Shown: one piece after another, positions 15,285-23,883 of the stretch
Layout of the letters: the number at the start of each line of letters is the position of its first letter
Numbering within the stretch: the first letter of the stretch is position 1
Assembly: GCF_000284115.1 (NCBI RefSeq)
Contig: NC_017080.1
Location: forward strand, 2,760,001 to 2,792,000
DNA from: Phycisphaera mikurensis NBRC 102666
GTDB lineage: Bacteria > Planctomycetota > Phycisphaerae > Phycisphaerales > Phycisphaeraceae
DNA: 32,000 bases
Reading direction: 5' to 3'
Made by a program: the position numbers and the translations under genes
The notes under the pieces: generated by a model
What the model was told of the DNA's origin: nothing
The model's input: only the letters and a program-made list of their open reading frames with translations
Databases searched by the model: none

Positions 15285-17150
15285 TTGAACCCGATCGCCC
15301 CCTCTTTCCCGCTCCAACCCCGCTGCCCCGCCGAGGGGTTCGAGGCGGACGAAGGCTTGGAAGCGCTGCTGGAGCTCGCGGCGGAGACCTTCGAGGTGCC
15401 GATGGCCGCGATCACCTTCCTGGGCCCCGCCCGGGCCAGGCTGCTGGTCGAGCGCGGCTGCGGGGTGCGCGAGCTGCCCCGCGCCGCGACGTTCTGCGAC
15501 CGGGCGCTCGCCACGGGCTCCGGCCTGGTCATCCGCGACGCGGCCGCCGAGGCGGCCTTCCGCGACCACCCCGCCGCCACCGGGGCCTCCGCGCTGCGTT
15601 TCTACGCCGGGCTGCCGTTCCAGATCGACGGCTCCGACGCCACCCCCGTCCTCTGCGTCGCCGACCGGCGGAGCCGCGACTTCCCCGCCCCCTGCCTGCG
15701 GCGGCTCGGCCAGCTCGCGGTGCAGGCCAGCCGCCACCTTGCGCTGCAGCGGGACCTGCTGCTGGCCCGCCGCCTCGCGCACACCGACGAGGGAACCGGC
15801 CTGCTGAACGCGCGCGGCCTGTGCCGAGCGCTCGACGCTCGGCGTGCCTCCGGCCGCGACCTGCTGGTGGCGTGCCTGCGGCTCCACCGCTGGAACGCCG
15901 TCGCCGAGGGGACCACCGCGGGCGATGGCGTGCTCGCCGAGGCCGCCAACCGCCTCACCCGCATCGGCCCGCTCTCCACCGGCTCCGCCCGGGCCGGCGG
16001 ACCGCCGCCGCTGCTCGCCAGCCTGGGGCGGGGCACCTTCGCCATCGGCTTCGAGGGCGGGCCGGAGCTCGCCGACGCCGCGGCGCTGGTGAGCGGCGAG
16101 ATCGCCGAGGTGCTCCGCGACGACCTCGTGCTCCGCGGGCAGCGGTTCTCGCTCGCCGCGGCGGTGGGCCTGGCCACGACCACGGGCGGCGGCCTCGGCG
16201 GCGGGCGGTCGGGGCCCAGCGGCCGCGAGATCCTCTCCCGCGCCTCGCTCGCCCTCACCGACGCCCGCAGAAACCGCGGCGCCGGCTTCGTGGAGAGCCG
16301 CCTCTTCGACGCGCCGATGCTCGCCAAGGCCCGCGCTTCGGCGACGCTTGAGTCCGAGCTGCGGGCGTCGATCGACTCCGGACGCGTGCAGCCCGCCTTC
16401 CAGCCGATCGTCGACCTCACCAGCTCACGCGTCGCCGGCTACGAGATCCTCGCCCGCTGGGAGCACCCCGAGCGGGGCCCGATCTTCCCGGACGTCTTCA
16501 TCCCCCTCGCCGAGCAGACCGACCTCATCGAGCCGCTGTTCGCCTGCCTCGCCCGGACCGCCATCCACGCTCTGCCGAGCCTGAGCGCCGACCGGCACCT
16601 GCCCTTTCTCTCGCTGAACCTCTCGAAGCTGCAGCTCCACGACGGCACGCTCCAAGACCGCATCGTGGGCCTCTGCGCCGACGCGGGCGTGCCGACCCAC
16701 CGCATCCACCTGGAGCTGACCGAATCGGACGTGGCGGAATCCGGGGAGGCGACCGCCACGATGCACCGGCTCCGGGCGGCGGGCTTCGAGCTGATGCTCG
16801 ACGACTTCGGCACCGGCACGTCCTCGCTGTCGAGCCTGCACGATTACCCCGTGCAGTGGCTCAAGATCGACCGCGGCTTCACCGTGCAAGCCACCCGACG
16901 CCGCTCGGTGGCGATCGTGGCCGACGCGGTCGCGGATCTCGCCCGCAAGCTGAACCTCCGCACCGTGGCCGAGGGGCTGGAGACGGCGGAGGAGGTCCCG
17001 CTGTTCCAGGCGATGGGCTTCGACATGGGGCAGGGCTACCGCTTCGGCCGACCGATGCCGCTGCCGGCTCTGCGGGCGTGGCACGCGTCGCGGGCGGACC
17101 CGCTGGGCGGCTGGCTGCCGGCGGAGACGCCGCGGCACCGAGCCGCCTGA
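15285..17150 (+). CDS. GAF - degenerate GGDEF - EAL domain protein (probable c-di-GMP phosphodiesterase)
   Basis: GAF region: VPMAAITFLG...ATFCDRAL...LRFYAGLPF. GGDEF-like region: TGLLNARGL, with GRGTF in place of GGDEF. EAL domain: YEILARW, ELTES, DDFGTGTSSL, KIDRGF, EGLET and QGY. The start is uncertain; I use TTG 15285, the first in-frame start after the divergent ybjN-like gene. Confidence 0.85.
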   Translation: MNPIAPSFPLQPRCPAEGFEADEGLEALLELAAETFEVPMAAITFLGPARARLLVERGCGVRELPRAATFCDRALATGSGLVIRDAAAEAAFRDHPAATGASALRFYAGLPFQIDGSDATPVLCVADRRSRDFPAPCLRRLGQLAVQASRHLALQRDLLLARRLAHTDEGTGLLNARGLCRALDARRASGRDLLVACLRLHRWNAVAEGTTAGDGVLAEAANRLTRIGPLSTGSARAGGPPPLLASLGRGTFAIGFEGGPELADAAALVSGEIAEVLRDDLVLRGQRFSLAAAVGLATTTGGGLGGGRSGPSGREILSRASLALTDARRNRGAGFVESRLFDAPMLAKARASATLESELRASIDSGRVQPAFQPIVDLTSSRVAGYEILARWEHPERGPIFPDVFIPLAEQTDLIEPLFACLARTAIHALPSLSADRHLPFLSLNLSKLQLHDGTLQDRIVGLCADAGVPTHRIHLELTESDVAESGEATATMHRLRAAGFELMLDDFGTGTSSLSSLHDYPVQWLKIDRGFTVQATRRRSVAIVADAVADLARKLNLRTVAEGLETAEEVPLFQAMGFDMGQGYRFGRPMPLPALRAWHASRADPLGGWLPAETPRHRAA

Positions 17151-17157
17151 AGCCCGC

Positions 17158-17358
17158 TCAGCTCGACTGGAGCCGGGCCATCACGCGGTCCACGGCGGCG
17201 TCGATCCGCGCCTGGGTCTCGTACGTGCCGGCGTCGATCTCGGCACGGACCCGCTCCACGCGGAGCGCGGCGTCTTCGGATCCGCCGACCAGCCGCAGCG
17301 CCGGGCGGGGAGCGGGACGGCGGAACAGCGCGCGGGCGGCTTGCGGGAGGGAGCTCAT
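17158..17358 (-). CDS. flgM: Anti-sigma-28 factor FlgM-like protein
   Basis: The C-terminal RVERVRAEIDAGTYETQARIDAAVDRVMARL matches the FlgM pattern (kV..lk.aI..G.Y.vd...iA). ATG 17358..17356 is preceded by AAGGA 9 nt upstream. A longer alternative starts at GTG 17442 (94 aa). Confidence 0.6.
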   Translation of the reverse strand: MSSLPQAARALFRRPAPRPALRLVGGSEDAALRVERVRAEIDAGTYETQARIDAAVDRVMARLQSS

Positions 17359-17536
17359 CGGGTACGTCCTTGTCGGGGGAGCGGCCGATCCGTCGGCCGC
17401 CTCGGCGCGGGGGGAGAGGACTCCCCCATCAGGACTATGCACTGTAGCGGAAGGCGGTGGCTGATCGGCGTTTTGGCCGATTTTTCTGCGGGCCGGAGAT
17501 GGGGGTTCTTCCCAAGGTATCCGCCGCTCTTCGCGT

Positions 17537-17555
17537 AAACCGGAGCCTGCTCCGG
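17537..17555 (-). terminator. Candidate intrinsic terminator downstream of anmK-murQ
   Basis: The minus strand reads CCGGAGC-AG-GCTCCGG (17555..17540) followed by TTTAC (17539..17535). It lies ~57 nt after the stop at 17612. The stem is short and the T-tract is short. Confidence 0.35.
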
Positions 17556-17611
17556 GCTTGTGAGTCGCGTTCCCGCGGATGAATCAGGTTCTCCCCGCGT
17601 TGTCAAAACGT

Positions 17612-19711
17612 TCAACCCGCCGCCGCGGAGCGGCCCCGCGGCGGCGGCGGTCCGAGCAGCGGCCGCAGCCCGGCGACGCCGGAGGCGAGGCGGGCTTCCG
17701 CTTCTTGGCGGCTCAAGCTCAGCTTCCGCATCACCAGCGCGACCCGCGCGGACCCGGCCGCGGCGTCGAGCAGCGGCCCCGCCTCGGCGGCGGGCACACC
17801 CCCCGCCTCCCGCAGGATCCGCTCCGCCCGGACCCGCAGCTTCGCGTTGCTGGCCTTGAGATCCACCATCCAGCCGCCCCAGACGCGTCCCCGCCGCACC
17901 ATCAGGGCCGTGCTCAGGAGGTTGAGCAGCAGCTTCGTTGCCGTGCCCGCTTTCATGCGGGTCGAGCCGCCCACCGCCTCGGCCCCGGTGTCGGCGAGCA
18001 GCAGGTGCTCGGGCCGCGGGCGCGGCGGGAGCCGGTTCGGGGGGACGCAGGCCAGCAGCGCCGTCGTGGCCCCCGCCGCCCGGGCATGATCCAACGCGCC
18101 CCAGACCAGCGGGGTCGTCCCGCTCGCGGCGATGCCGAGCACCACGTCGCCCGCTCCCGCCGCGTGCTCGTCGAGCCAGGCATCGGCTCCGGCCGGGTCG
18201 TCCTCCGCGCCCTCGGCGCTGCTCCGCAGCGCCGCGTCGCCGCCGGCGATGAAGGCGAGCACCTCCCCGTGGCCGGCCGAGAAGGTCGGCGGCAGCTCCG
18301 AGGCGTCGAGCACGCCGAGCCGGCCGGAGGTCCCGGCCCCCACGTAGAAAACCCGGCCGCCCGCCGCGTGGGCCGCGACCGCCGCGTCGACCAGCCCCGC
18401 GAGCGCCGGGAGGCAGGCCGTCACGGCCGCCACCGCCTCGGCGTCGCGCGCGTGGAGGAACGACAGGAGCTCCGGCGTGCCCATCGCGTCGAGGCGGTCC
18501 GCTCCGGCGAGGAAGCCCTCCGAGGGCGGGAAGCCCTCCGGGGGAGAAGCGCCCGCGGGAGCGGGCGGATCCGCGGACCGCGGCCGCTGGCGTGGCTTCT
18601 CCTCCGCGGTCCGCGGCTCCGCCGGCCGGCACCAGCGGCCCCCGGTCGCCGGCCGCCGGGCCCCCGTCACCGCTTCCACCGTCAACGCCGCGCCGTCCGC
18701 TGCGCGGAGGCCGAGCACGGCCATCGCCGCGGCCTCCCGGGCCTGCGACGCGACGCCGGCCTCCTCGGAGAGGAGCACCGCCCGCCCGCCGCTGGCGTCG
18801 CGGATCGCCGCGACCAACGCCGCGTTCCGCACCCCGCCGCCCGCGAGCACCACGCGGTCCGCGGGCCACCGATCCGCCGCACCGGCGACGCCGCGGGCGA
18901 CGGCGGCGACCGCCGAAGCGAGCAGGTCATCGGGCGCGAGCCCGAGCTCCACGAGCCCTTCCAGCCAGGCCGGCGGGACCTGCTCGCGCCCCAGCGTGGC
19001 CCCGGGGGCGGCCGCGAAGCCCGGCCCGCCGCGGAGCCGCTGGACCGCCGCTTCGTCCGCCCGGCCCGCCGCCGCCCGGCGCCCGCCGTCGTCGAAGCGC
19101 TCGCCGGGGTGCAGCCGCGACACGATCCCGTCGAGCAGCAGGTTGCAGACGCAGACGTCCCCGCCCTCCGGCGGGGCGTCCGTCCCCGGCAGCCACGTCG
19201 CGTTCACGACGCCGCCGAGGTTCACCACCAGCGTCCCCCGCGCGTACAGCGCGAGGTCCGCCAGCGGGGTGATCGGCGCACCCTGCCCGCCCGCGGCCAG
19301 GTCGCCCTGCCGGAGGTCCCCCACCACCTCCACGCCCAGCCGCTCCGCCAGCGGCTGCGGATCGAGCAGCTGCCAGCTCAGCCCCTCCGCCGGGGCGTGG
19401 CACACCGTCTGCCCGTGCGTTGCCGCGAGCGTCAGCGTCGCCCCGGGGGGGAGGAAGCGATGCACACAGTCCGCCGCGACCTCCGCGTAGCGCTCCCCGA
19501 GCCGGCGACCCGCCCGCAGGAACGCGACCGCTGGCAGCGCCTCCCCCTCCGCCGCCGCCCGCAGCACCGCCTCGACGGGCCCGAGCTCCGCCTCCACGTG
19601 CCCGAGCACGCGGGCCCGCAGCGAGCCGCCCGAGCCGTCGGCCTCGATCAACGCCGCGTCCACCCCGTCCAGCGACGTACCCGACATCAGCCCCACCGCG
19701 TAACGCTTCAT
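17612..19711 (-). CDS. Fusion protein: anhydro-N-acetylmuramic acid kinase (AnmK, aa ~1-360) + N-acetylmuramic acid 6-phosphate etherase (MurQ, aa ~396-699)
   Basis: One uninterrupted 699-aa ORF. The N-terminal part has GLMSGTSLDGVDAALIE ... VVLAGGGVRN ... AVTGA (AnmK). A Pro/Arg-rich linker follows. The C-terminal part has FYVGAGTSGRLGVLDASELPPTF, GIAASGTTP, GSTRMKAGTATKLLLNLLST and DLKASNAKL (MurQ/SIS). Confidence 0.85.
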   Translation of the reverse strand: MKRYAVGLMSGTSLDGVDAALIEADGSGGSLRARVLGHVEAELGPVEAVLRAAAEGEALPAVAFLRAGRRLGERYAEVAADCVHRFLPPGATLTLAATHGQTVCHAPAEGLSWQLLDPQPLAERLGVEVVGDLRQGDLAAGGQGAPITPLADLALYARGTLVVNLGGVVNATWLPGTDAPPEGGDVCVCNLLLDGIVSRLHPGERFDDGGRRAAAGRADEAAVQRLRGGPGFAAAPGATLGREQVPPAWLEGLVELGLAPDDLLASAVAAVARGVAGAADRWPADRVVLAGGGVRNAALVAAIRDASGGRAVLLSEEAGVASQAREAAAMAVLGLRAADGAALTVEAVTGARRPATGGRWCRPAEPRTAEEKPRQRPRSADPPAPAGASPPEGFPPSEGFLAGADRLDAMGTPELLSFLHARDAEAVAAVTACLPALAGLVDAAVAAHAAGGRVFYVGAGTSGRLGVLDASELPPTFSAGHGEVLAFIAGGDAALRSSAEGAEDDPAGADAWLDEHAAGAGDVVLGIAASGTTPLVWGALDHARAAGATTALLACVPPNRLPPRPRPEHLLLADTGAEAVGGSTRMKAGTATKLLLNLLSTALMVRRGRVWGGWMVDLKASNAKLRVRAERILREAGGVPAAEAGPLLDAAAGSARVALVMRKLSLSRQEAEARLASGVAGLRPLLGPPPPRGRSAAAG

Positions 19712-19797
19712 GCCGGGACGCTACCGGCGGACTGCCCGCCCGCCCCGGCGTGTCTCTATCCTCGCCGCGACGCCGCTGGCCCTCCAGCGGGCAACCG

Positions 19798-20673
19798 ATG
19801 GCCTCCGGAGTAACCGCACGCATGGGCGACCGCCCCCCGAAGTGGCTTGAAGAAGCCGAGGACGATTTCGCCTACAAGCGGGCCGACTTCATCGTGAACC
19901 CCGCCTCCCGGTCGACCCTCCGGCGGCCCAGCCGGTACCAGGGCGACCTCAAGAAGAAGCCCGGCGTCAAGCTGCTCAAGCGGCTGCACCGCCGGATGCA
20001 GCACCACCAGCGGATGCTCGCCGCCGAGAACGAGCGCTCGGTGCTCATCGTCCTGCAGGCGATGGACGCCGCCGGCAAGGACTCCACCGTCCGCCGGGTC
20101 TTCGGCCCGCTCAACCCCGCCACCTGCAAGGTCTTCTCCTTCAAGGCCCCCTCGGAGACCGACCTCGACCACGACTACCTCTGGCGGATCCACAAGGAGG
20201 TGCCCGCCCGCGGCGAACTCGGCGTCTTCAACCGAAGCCACTACGAGGACGTGCTGATCGCCCGCGTCGCGAACCTCGTGCCCGACCGCGTGTGGAAGAA
20301 ACGCTTCGACCACATCAACCACTTCGAGCAGATGCTCACCGACGAGGGCTGCACGATCCTCAAGTTCTACCTCCACGTGAGCAAGGACTACCAGGAGGAG
20401 CGGCTGCAGCGCCGCCTCGACCTCCCCGAGAAGCATTGGAAGTTCAACCCCGCCGACCTCGTCGAGCGCGAGCGCTGGCCGGCCTACCAGCGGGCGTTCC
20501 AGAGCGTCTTCTCCCGCACCACCAAGAAGCACGCCCCCTGGTTCGTCGTGCCTTCGGAGCGCCGCTGGTACCGCGACCTGGTCATCGCCAGAACCGTGTG
20601 CGACACGCTGGACCGCATGAACCCCCAGCCGCCGGAGCCGACCTTCGATCCGGAGGCGGTCGAGCTGGTCTAG
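19798..20673 (+). CDS. Polyphosphate kinase 2 family protein (polyphosphate:nucleotide phosphotransferase)
   Basis: Motifs VLIVLQAMDAAGKDSTVRRVF (Walker A-like), YLWRIHKEVPARGELGVFNRSHYEDVL and PWFVVPSERRWYRDL. The start is ATG 19798 or ATG 19822. The upstream part of track ORF 19420.. overlaps the divergent anmK. Confidence 0.85.
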   Translation: MASGVTARMGDRPPKWLEEAEDDFAYKRADFIVNPASRSTLRRPSRYQGDLKKKPGVKLLKRLHRRMQHHQRMLAAENERSVLIVLQAMDAAGKDSTVRRVFGPLNPATCKVFSFKAPSETDLDHDYLWRIHKEVPARGELGVFNRSHYEDVLIARVANLVPDRVWKKRFDHINHFEQMLTDEGCTILKFYLHVSKDYQEERLQRRLDLPEKHWKFNPADLVERERWPAYQRAFQSVFSRTTKKHAPWFVVPSERRWYRDLVIARTVCDTLDRMNPQPPEPTFDPEAVELV

Positions 20674-20896
20674 GTTCGCATCGGAGCGTCTCGCCGGCTC
20701 GCCGGGCAAGGGAGCAGAGATCAGGGGGTGGGCCCTCGGCAGGACCGAGTCGCGGTCGGCGCAGCCGCCGGCTTCGGACTCGCGACGATGCGCAGGTAGG
20801 CAGCACCCGCCACGCCCCACAGAAGCCACGTGACTTTCTAACTCCTATCCCTTACCCCTCCCGCTCCCTTCCGCGCTCAGAACTCAACAAAAACGA

Positions 20897-22810
20897 ATGC
20901 CTGAAAAGTCCTACGACGCATCCAGCATCACCCACCTCGAAGGCCTCGAGGCCGTCCGCGTCCGCCCGGGCATGTACATCGGCGGCGTCGACGCCCGCGG
21001 CTTGCACCACCTCGCCTGGGAGGTGATCGACAACAGCGTCGACGAGGCGATGAACGGGCACGCCACCGAGGTGGTCGTCACGCTGCACGCCGACGGCGAG
21101 TCGATGTCGGTCTCGGACAACGGCCGCGGGATCCCCGTCGACCGGCACCCCAAGACGAAGCGGCCGGCGTTGGAGATGATCCTCACCGAGCTGCACACCG
21201 GCGGGAAGTTCGACGGCGACTCCTACAAGACCTCCGGCGGCCTGCACGGCGTCGGCGCCTCCGTCGTCAACGCGCTCTCCAAGGAGCTCGTCGCCACCGT
21301 GAAGCGCGGCGGCGACGAGTACCGGATGACCTTCTCCAGGGGCAAGCCCACCAGCAAGCTGCTCAAGAAGAAGGGGTTGTCCCGCGGCACCGGCACGACG
21401 ATCTTCTTCGCGCCCGACGCGACGATCTTCCCGAAGATCCGCTTCGACCCCGCGACGCTGAAGACCCGCCTGGAGACCATCAGCTACCTGCACAGGGGGC
21501 TGAGGGTCGTCTTCGCCGACGAGGCCGGCGCGACCCGCGAGACCTTCCAGCACGAGAACGGCCTGCTGGACTACCTCTCGGCGATCTCCACACAGCGCAA
21601 GGCCGTGCCGATCCACCCCGAAGCCTTCAGCGTCGAGAAGGAGACGCCGCAGGGCCGCGTCGACGTCGCGCTCGCGTGGACCGGGTCCACCGACGAGCAC
21701 GTGCGCAGCCACGTCAACGGCATCCCCACCGCCGGCGGCGGCAGCCACGAGACCGGCCTGCGGAGCGGGATCCACAAGGCGCTCCGCAACCACATCGACA
21801 CGCACAACCTCACGCCCCGCGGCGTGAAGATCAGCCCCGAGGACATCCGCGAGGGCCTGCTGGGCGTCGTCTCGGTCTTCATCGCCGACCCGCAGTTCCA
21901 GGGCCAGACCAAGGACCGGCTGAACAACCCCGAGATCCAGCCGGTCGTCGAGCAGCTGGTCCGGCCGACGCTGGAGCAGTGGCTCAACGAGCGATCCAGC
22001 GTGGCCGAGCAGATCGTCGCCCGGATCATCAACGCGGCCCGCGCCAGGGCCGCCAGCCGGGCCGCGGTCGACGCGGTCCACCGCAAGAGCCCCACCTCCG
22101 CCGGCCGGCTCACGCTGCCGGGCAAGCTCGCGGACTGCACCGGCGGGCGGGGCTCGTCGGAGCTCTTCATCGTCGAGGGCGATTCCGCCGGCGGCAGCGC
22201 GAAGCAGGGCCGCGACCGAGCGACGCAGGCGATCCTCCCGCTCCGGGGCAAGGTCCTCAACACCGAAGCGACCGTCCTGACCAAGGTCCTCGCCAACAAG
22301 GAGCTGGCCGACCTGGTCACCGCCCTGGGCTGCGGCGTGGGCAAGAGCTTCGACGCGGCGAAGCTGCGGTACCAGCGGATCATCCTGCTCGCCGATGCCG
22401 ACAGCGACGGCCACCACATCACCACGCTGCTCCTGACCTTCTTCTACCGCCACATGCCCGAGTTGATCCGCTCGGGCAGCGTCTTCCTCGCCGTGCCGCC
22501 GCTGTACCGCATCGAGGCGGGCAAGGAGAAGTGGTACGCCGCCGACGAGCCCGACCGGGAGCGGATCCTCGGCGAGCTGCCCGCCAACCGGAAGCCGGAG
22601 ATCACCCGCTTCAAGGGGCTCGGCGAGATGAGCCCCAGAGAGCTTTGGGAGACGACGCTGTCGCCGGCGACGCGCCGGCTCGAAGCCGTCGACATCCACG
22701 ACGCCCTGGTCACCGACGCCACGATGAACGACCTCATGGGCAGAGACCCGTCGGCCCGGTTCTCCTTCATCATGGACCGGGCCGAAGAAGCCGAGGCCAT
22801 CGACGTGTGA
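20897..22810 (+). CDS. Type IIA DNA topoisomerase subunit B (GyrB/ParE family; 637 aa, gyrase versus topo IV not resolvable by eye)
   Basis: Motifs LEGLEAVRVRPGMYIGG, GLHGVGASVVNALS, Toprim EGDSAGGSAKQGRDR, PLRGKVLN and DADSDGHHI. It is not adjacent to an A subunit or to dnaA/dnaN/recF. Confidence 0.9.
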   Translation: MPEKSYDASSITHLEGLEAVRVRPGMYIGGVDARGLHHLAWEVIDNSVDEAMNGHATEVVVTLHADGESMSVSDNGRGIPVDRHPKTKRPALEMILTELHTGGKFDGDSYKTSGGLHGVGASVVNALSKELVATVKRGGDEYRMTFSRGKPTSKLLKKKGLSRGTGTTIFFAPDATIFPKIRFDPATLKTRLETISYLHRGLRVVFADEAGATRETFQHENGLLDYLSAISTQRKAVPIHPEAFSVEKETPQGRVDVALAWTGSTDEHVRSHVNGIPTAGGGSHETGLRSGIHKALRNHIDTHNLTPRGVKISPEDIREGLLGVVSVFIADPQFQGQTKDRLNNPEIQPVVEQLVRPTLEQWLNERSSVAEQIVARIINAARARAASRAAVDAVHRKSPTSAGRLTLPGKLADCTGGRGSSELFIVEGDSAGGSAKQGRDRATQAILPLRGKVLNTEATVLTKVLANKELADLVTALGCGVGKSFDAAKLRYQRIILLADADSDGHHITTLLLTFFYRHMPELIRSGSVFLAVPPLYRIEAGKEKWYAADEPDRERILGELPANRKPEITRFKGLGEMSPRELWETTLSPATRRLEAVDIHDALVTDATMNDLMGRDPSARFSFIMDRAEEAEAIDV

Positions 22811-22872
22811 GCACGCCGCGGATGCGTCCGATGGAGGAGCCGCCCCATCGACGGCGTGGATGAGCCACCCGC

Positions 22873-23796
22873 TCAGCCGATCCGCTCGCTCGCTCCGTCC
22901 GCCGCGTGCCCCGGCGCGTGCAAGGTGAACGCGACGCCTCCGGCTCCGGCCTCCGCCGCCACGAAACCGACGGCCTCGATGGCGTCGAAGGGGTACGCCA
23001 TCGAGGGCAGGCCGATCAGCGGCACCCCCGCGAAGAGCCGTCGCGACCAGGCGTGCGTGTGGCCGTGGACGAGCGCGGTGGCCGCCGGCCGGTGCCGCAG
23101 CACCTCCGCCAGCTCCGCGTCGTCGAGCAGGCCCCAGGGCTCCACCCCCGGCTCGGGCGGCAGCGGCGGGTGGTGGAGGAACACCAGCGCCGGCCGCCCC
23201 GCCGGCGTTGCCGCGAGCTCGGCCTCCAGCCACGCGAGCTGCGCCGGGCCCAGCTCGCCGGGCGTCCGATCCGTCTCGATCAGCGAGTCGAGCAGCAGCA
23301 ACACGGCGTTGTCCGTCTCCACCCGCGCGACCCGGCGGCCGGCGGGGCCGGTCTGGGGCCGCGGATCCGCGAACGCCGCCTCCATCCGATCCCGGTGGTC
23401 GTGATTGCCGAGCGTCAGCCACACCGGCAGCCCCCGCTCCCGGAGCGGCGCCAGCAGCGAGGCGAGCCGCTCGTAATCCCCCGGCTCGCCGGTGTCCAGC
23501 GCGCAATCGCCGTCGACGACCGCCAGCTCGAAGGGCCGGCGGTCGTGCTCCGCGGCGGCCGCGGCGACGGTCGCCGCCACCCGCTCGGCGATGACCGCCC
23601 CGCCGCGGGAGGTCGCCGCCGCGTCCGCCGCCGCGTGCGGGTCCGAAAGCAGCAGCAGCCGCGTCGGCGTCGGCGCGGCAGCACGCTCAAGGTGGCGGCG
23701 GGTCTCGGCGCGGCAACCCGGCACGGTCGCCCCCGCCAACGCCGCCGAGGCGACGAGCAGCCGGCGGCGGGACAGCGGCGGGAGCAGTAGAGGCAT
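22873..23796 (-). CDS. Tat-signal (possibly lipoprotein) calcineurin-like metallophosphoesterase
   Basis: Starts at ATG 23796 (MPLLLPPLSRRRLLVASAALAGATVPGC), with a twin-arginine motif and a lipobox-like VPGC. Phosphoesterase motifs are LSDPH, DGDCA, GNHDHR, FLHHPP and HGHTH. The upstream 530 codons of the track ORF are antisense to the GH1 gene. Confidence 0.75.
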   Translation of the reverse strand: MPLLLPPLSRRRLLVASAALAGATVPGCRAETRRHLERAAAPTPTRLLLLSDPHAAADAAATSRGGAVIAERVAATVAAAAAEHDRRPFELAVVDGDCALDTGEPGDYERLASLLAPLRERGLPVWLTLGNHDHRDRMEAAFADPRPQTGPAGRRVARVETDNAVLLLLDSLIETDRTPGELGPAQLAWLEAELAATPAGRPALVFLHHPPLPPEPGVEPWGLLDDAELAEVLRHRPAATALVHGHTHAWSRRLFAGVPLIGLPSMAYPFDAIEAVGFVAAEAGAGGVAFTLHAPGHAADGASERIG

Positions 23797-23883
23797 CGGC
23801 CCGGCAGGGTAGAGGCGGGCCGCGGACCGAGCCGCGGGAGCGGGCGATCGGGCCGCGGTCCGCGGGCGGTACCGTCGCCGGCC

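Noticed and set aside
17464-17486. ATCGGC-N6-GCCGAT hairpin followed by T5 as a +-strand intrinsic terminator
   Set aside because: The nearest +-strand gene ends about 310 nt upstream (17150), with the minus-strand flgM lying in between. The stem is only 6 bp. It is kept only as a caveat to the sigma-28 box interpretation.
17355-19813. 504-aa (minus), 744-aa and 337-aa (+) ORFs overlapping anmK-murQ
   Set aside because: These are low-complexity R/G/P/A translations. The 699-aa frame carries two complete, well-known enzyme domains.
20852-23506. 884-aa minus-strand ORF
   Set aside because: It is antisense to the type IIA topoisomerase B gene and off-frame to the metallophosphoesterase. It has no recognisable domains.
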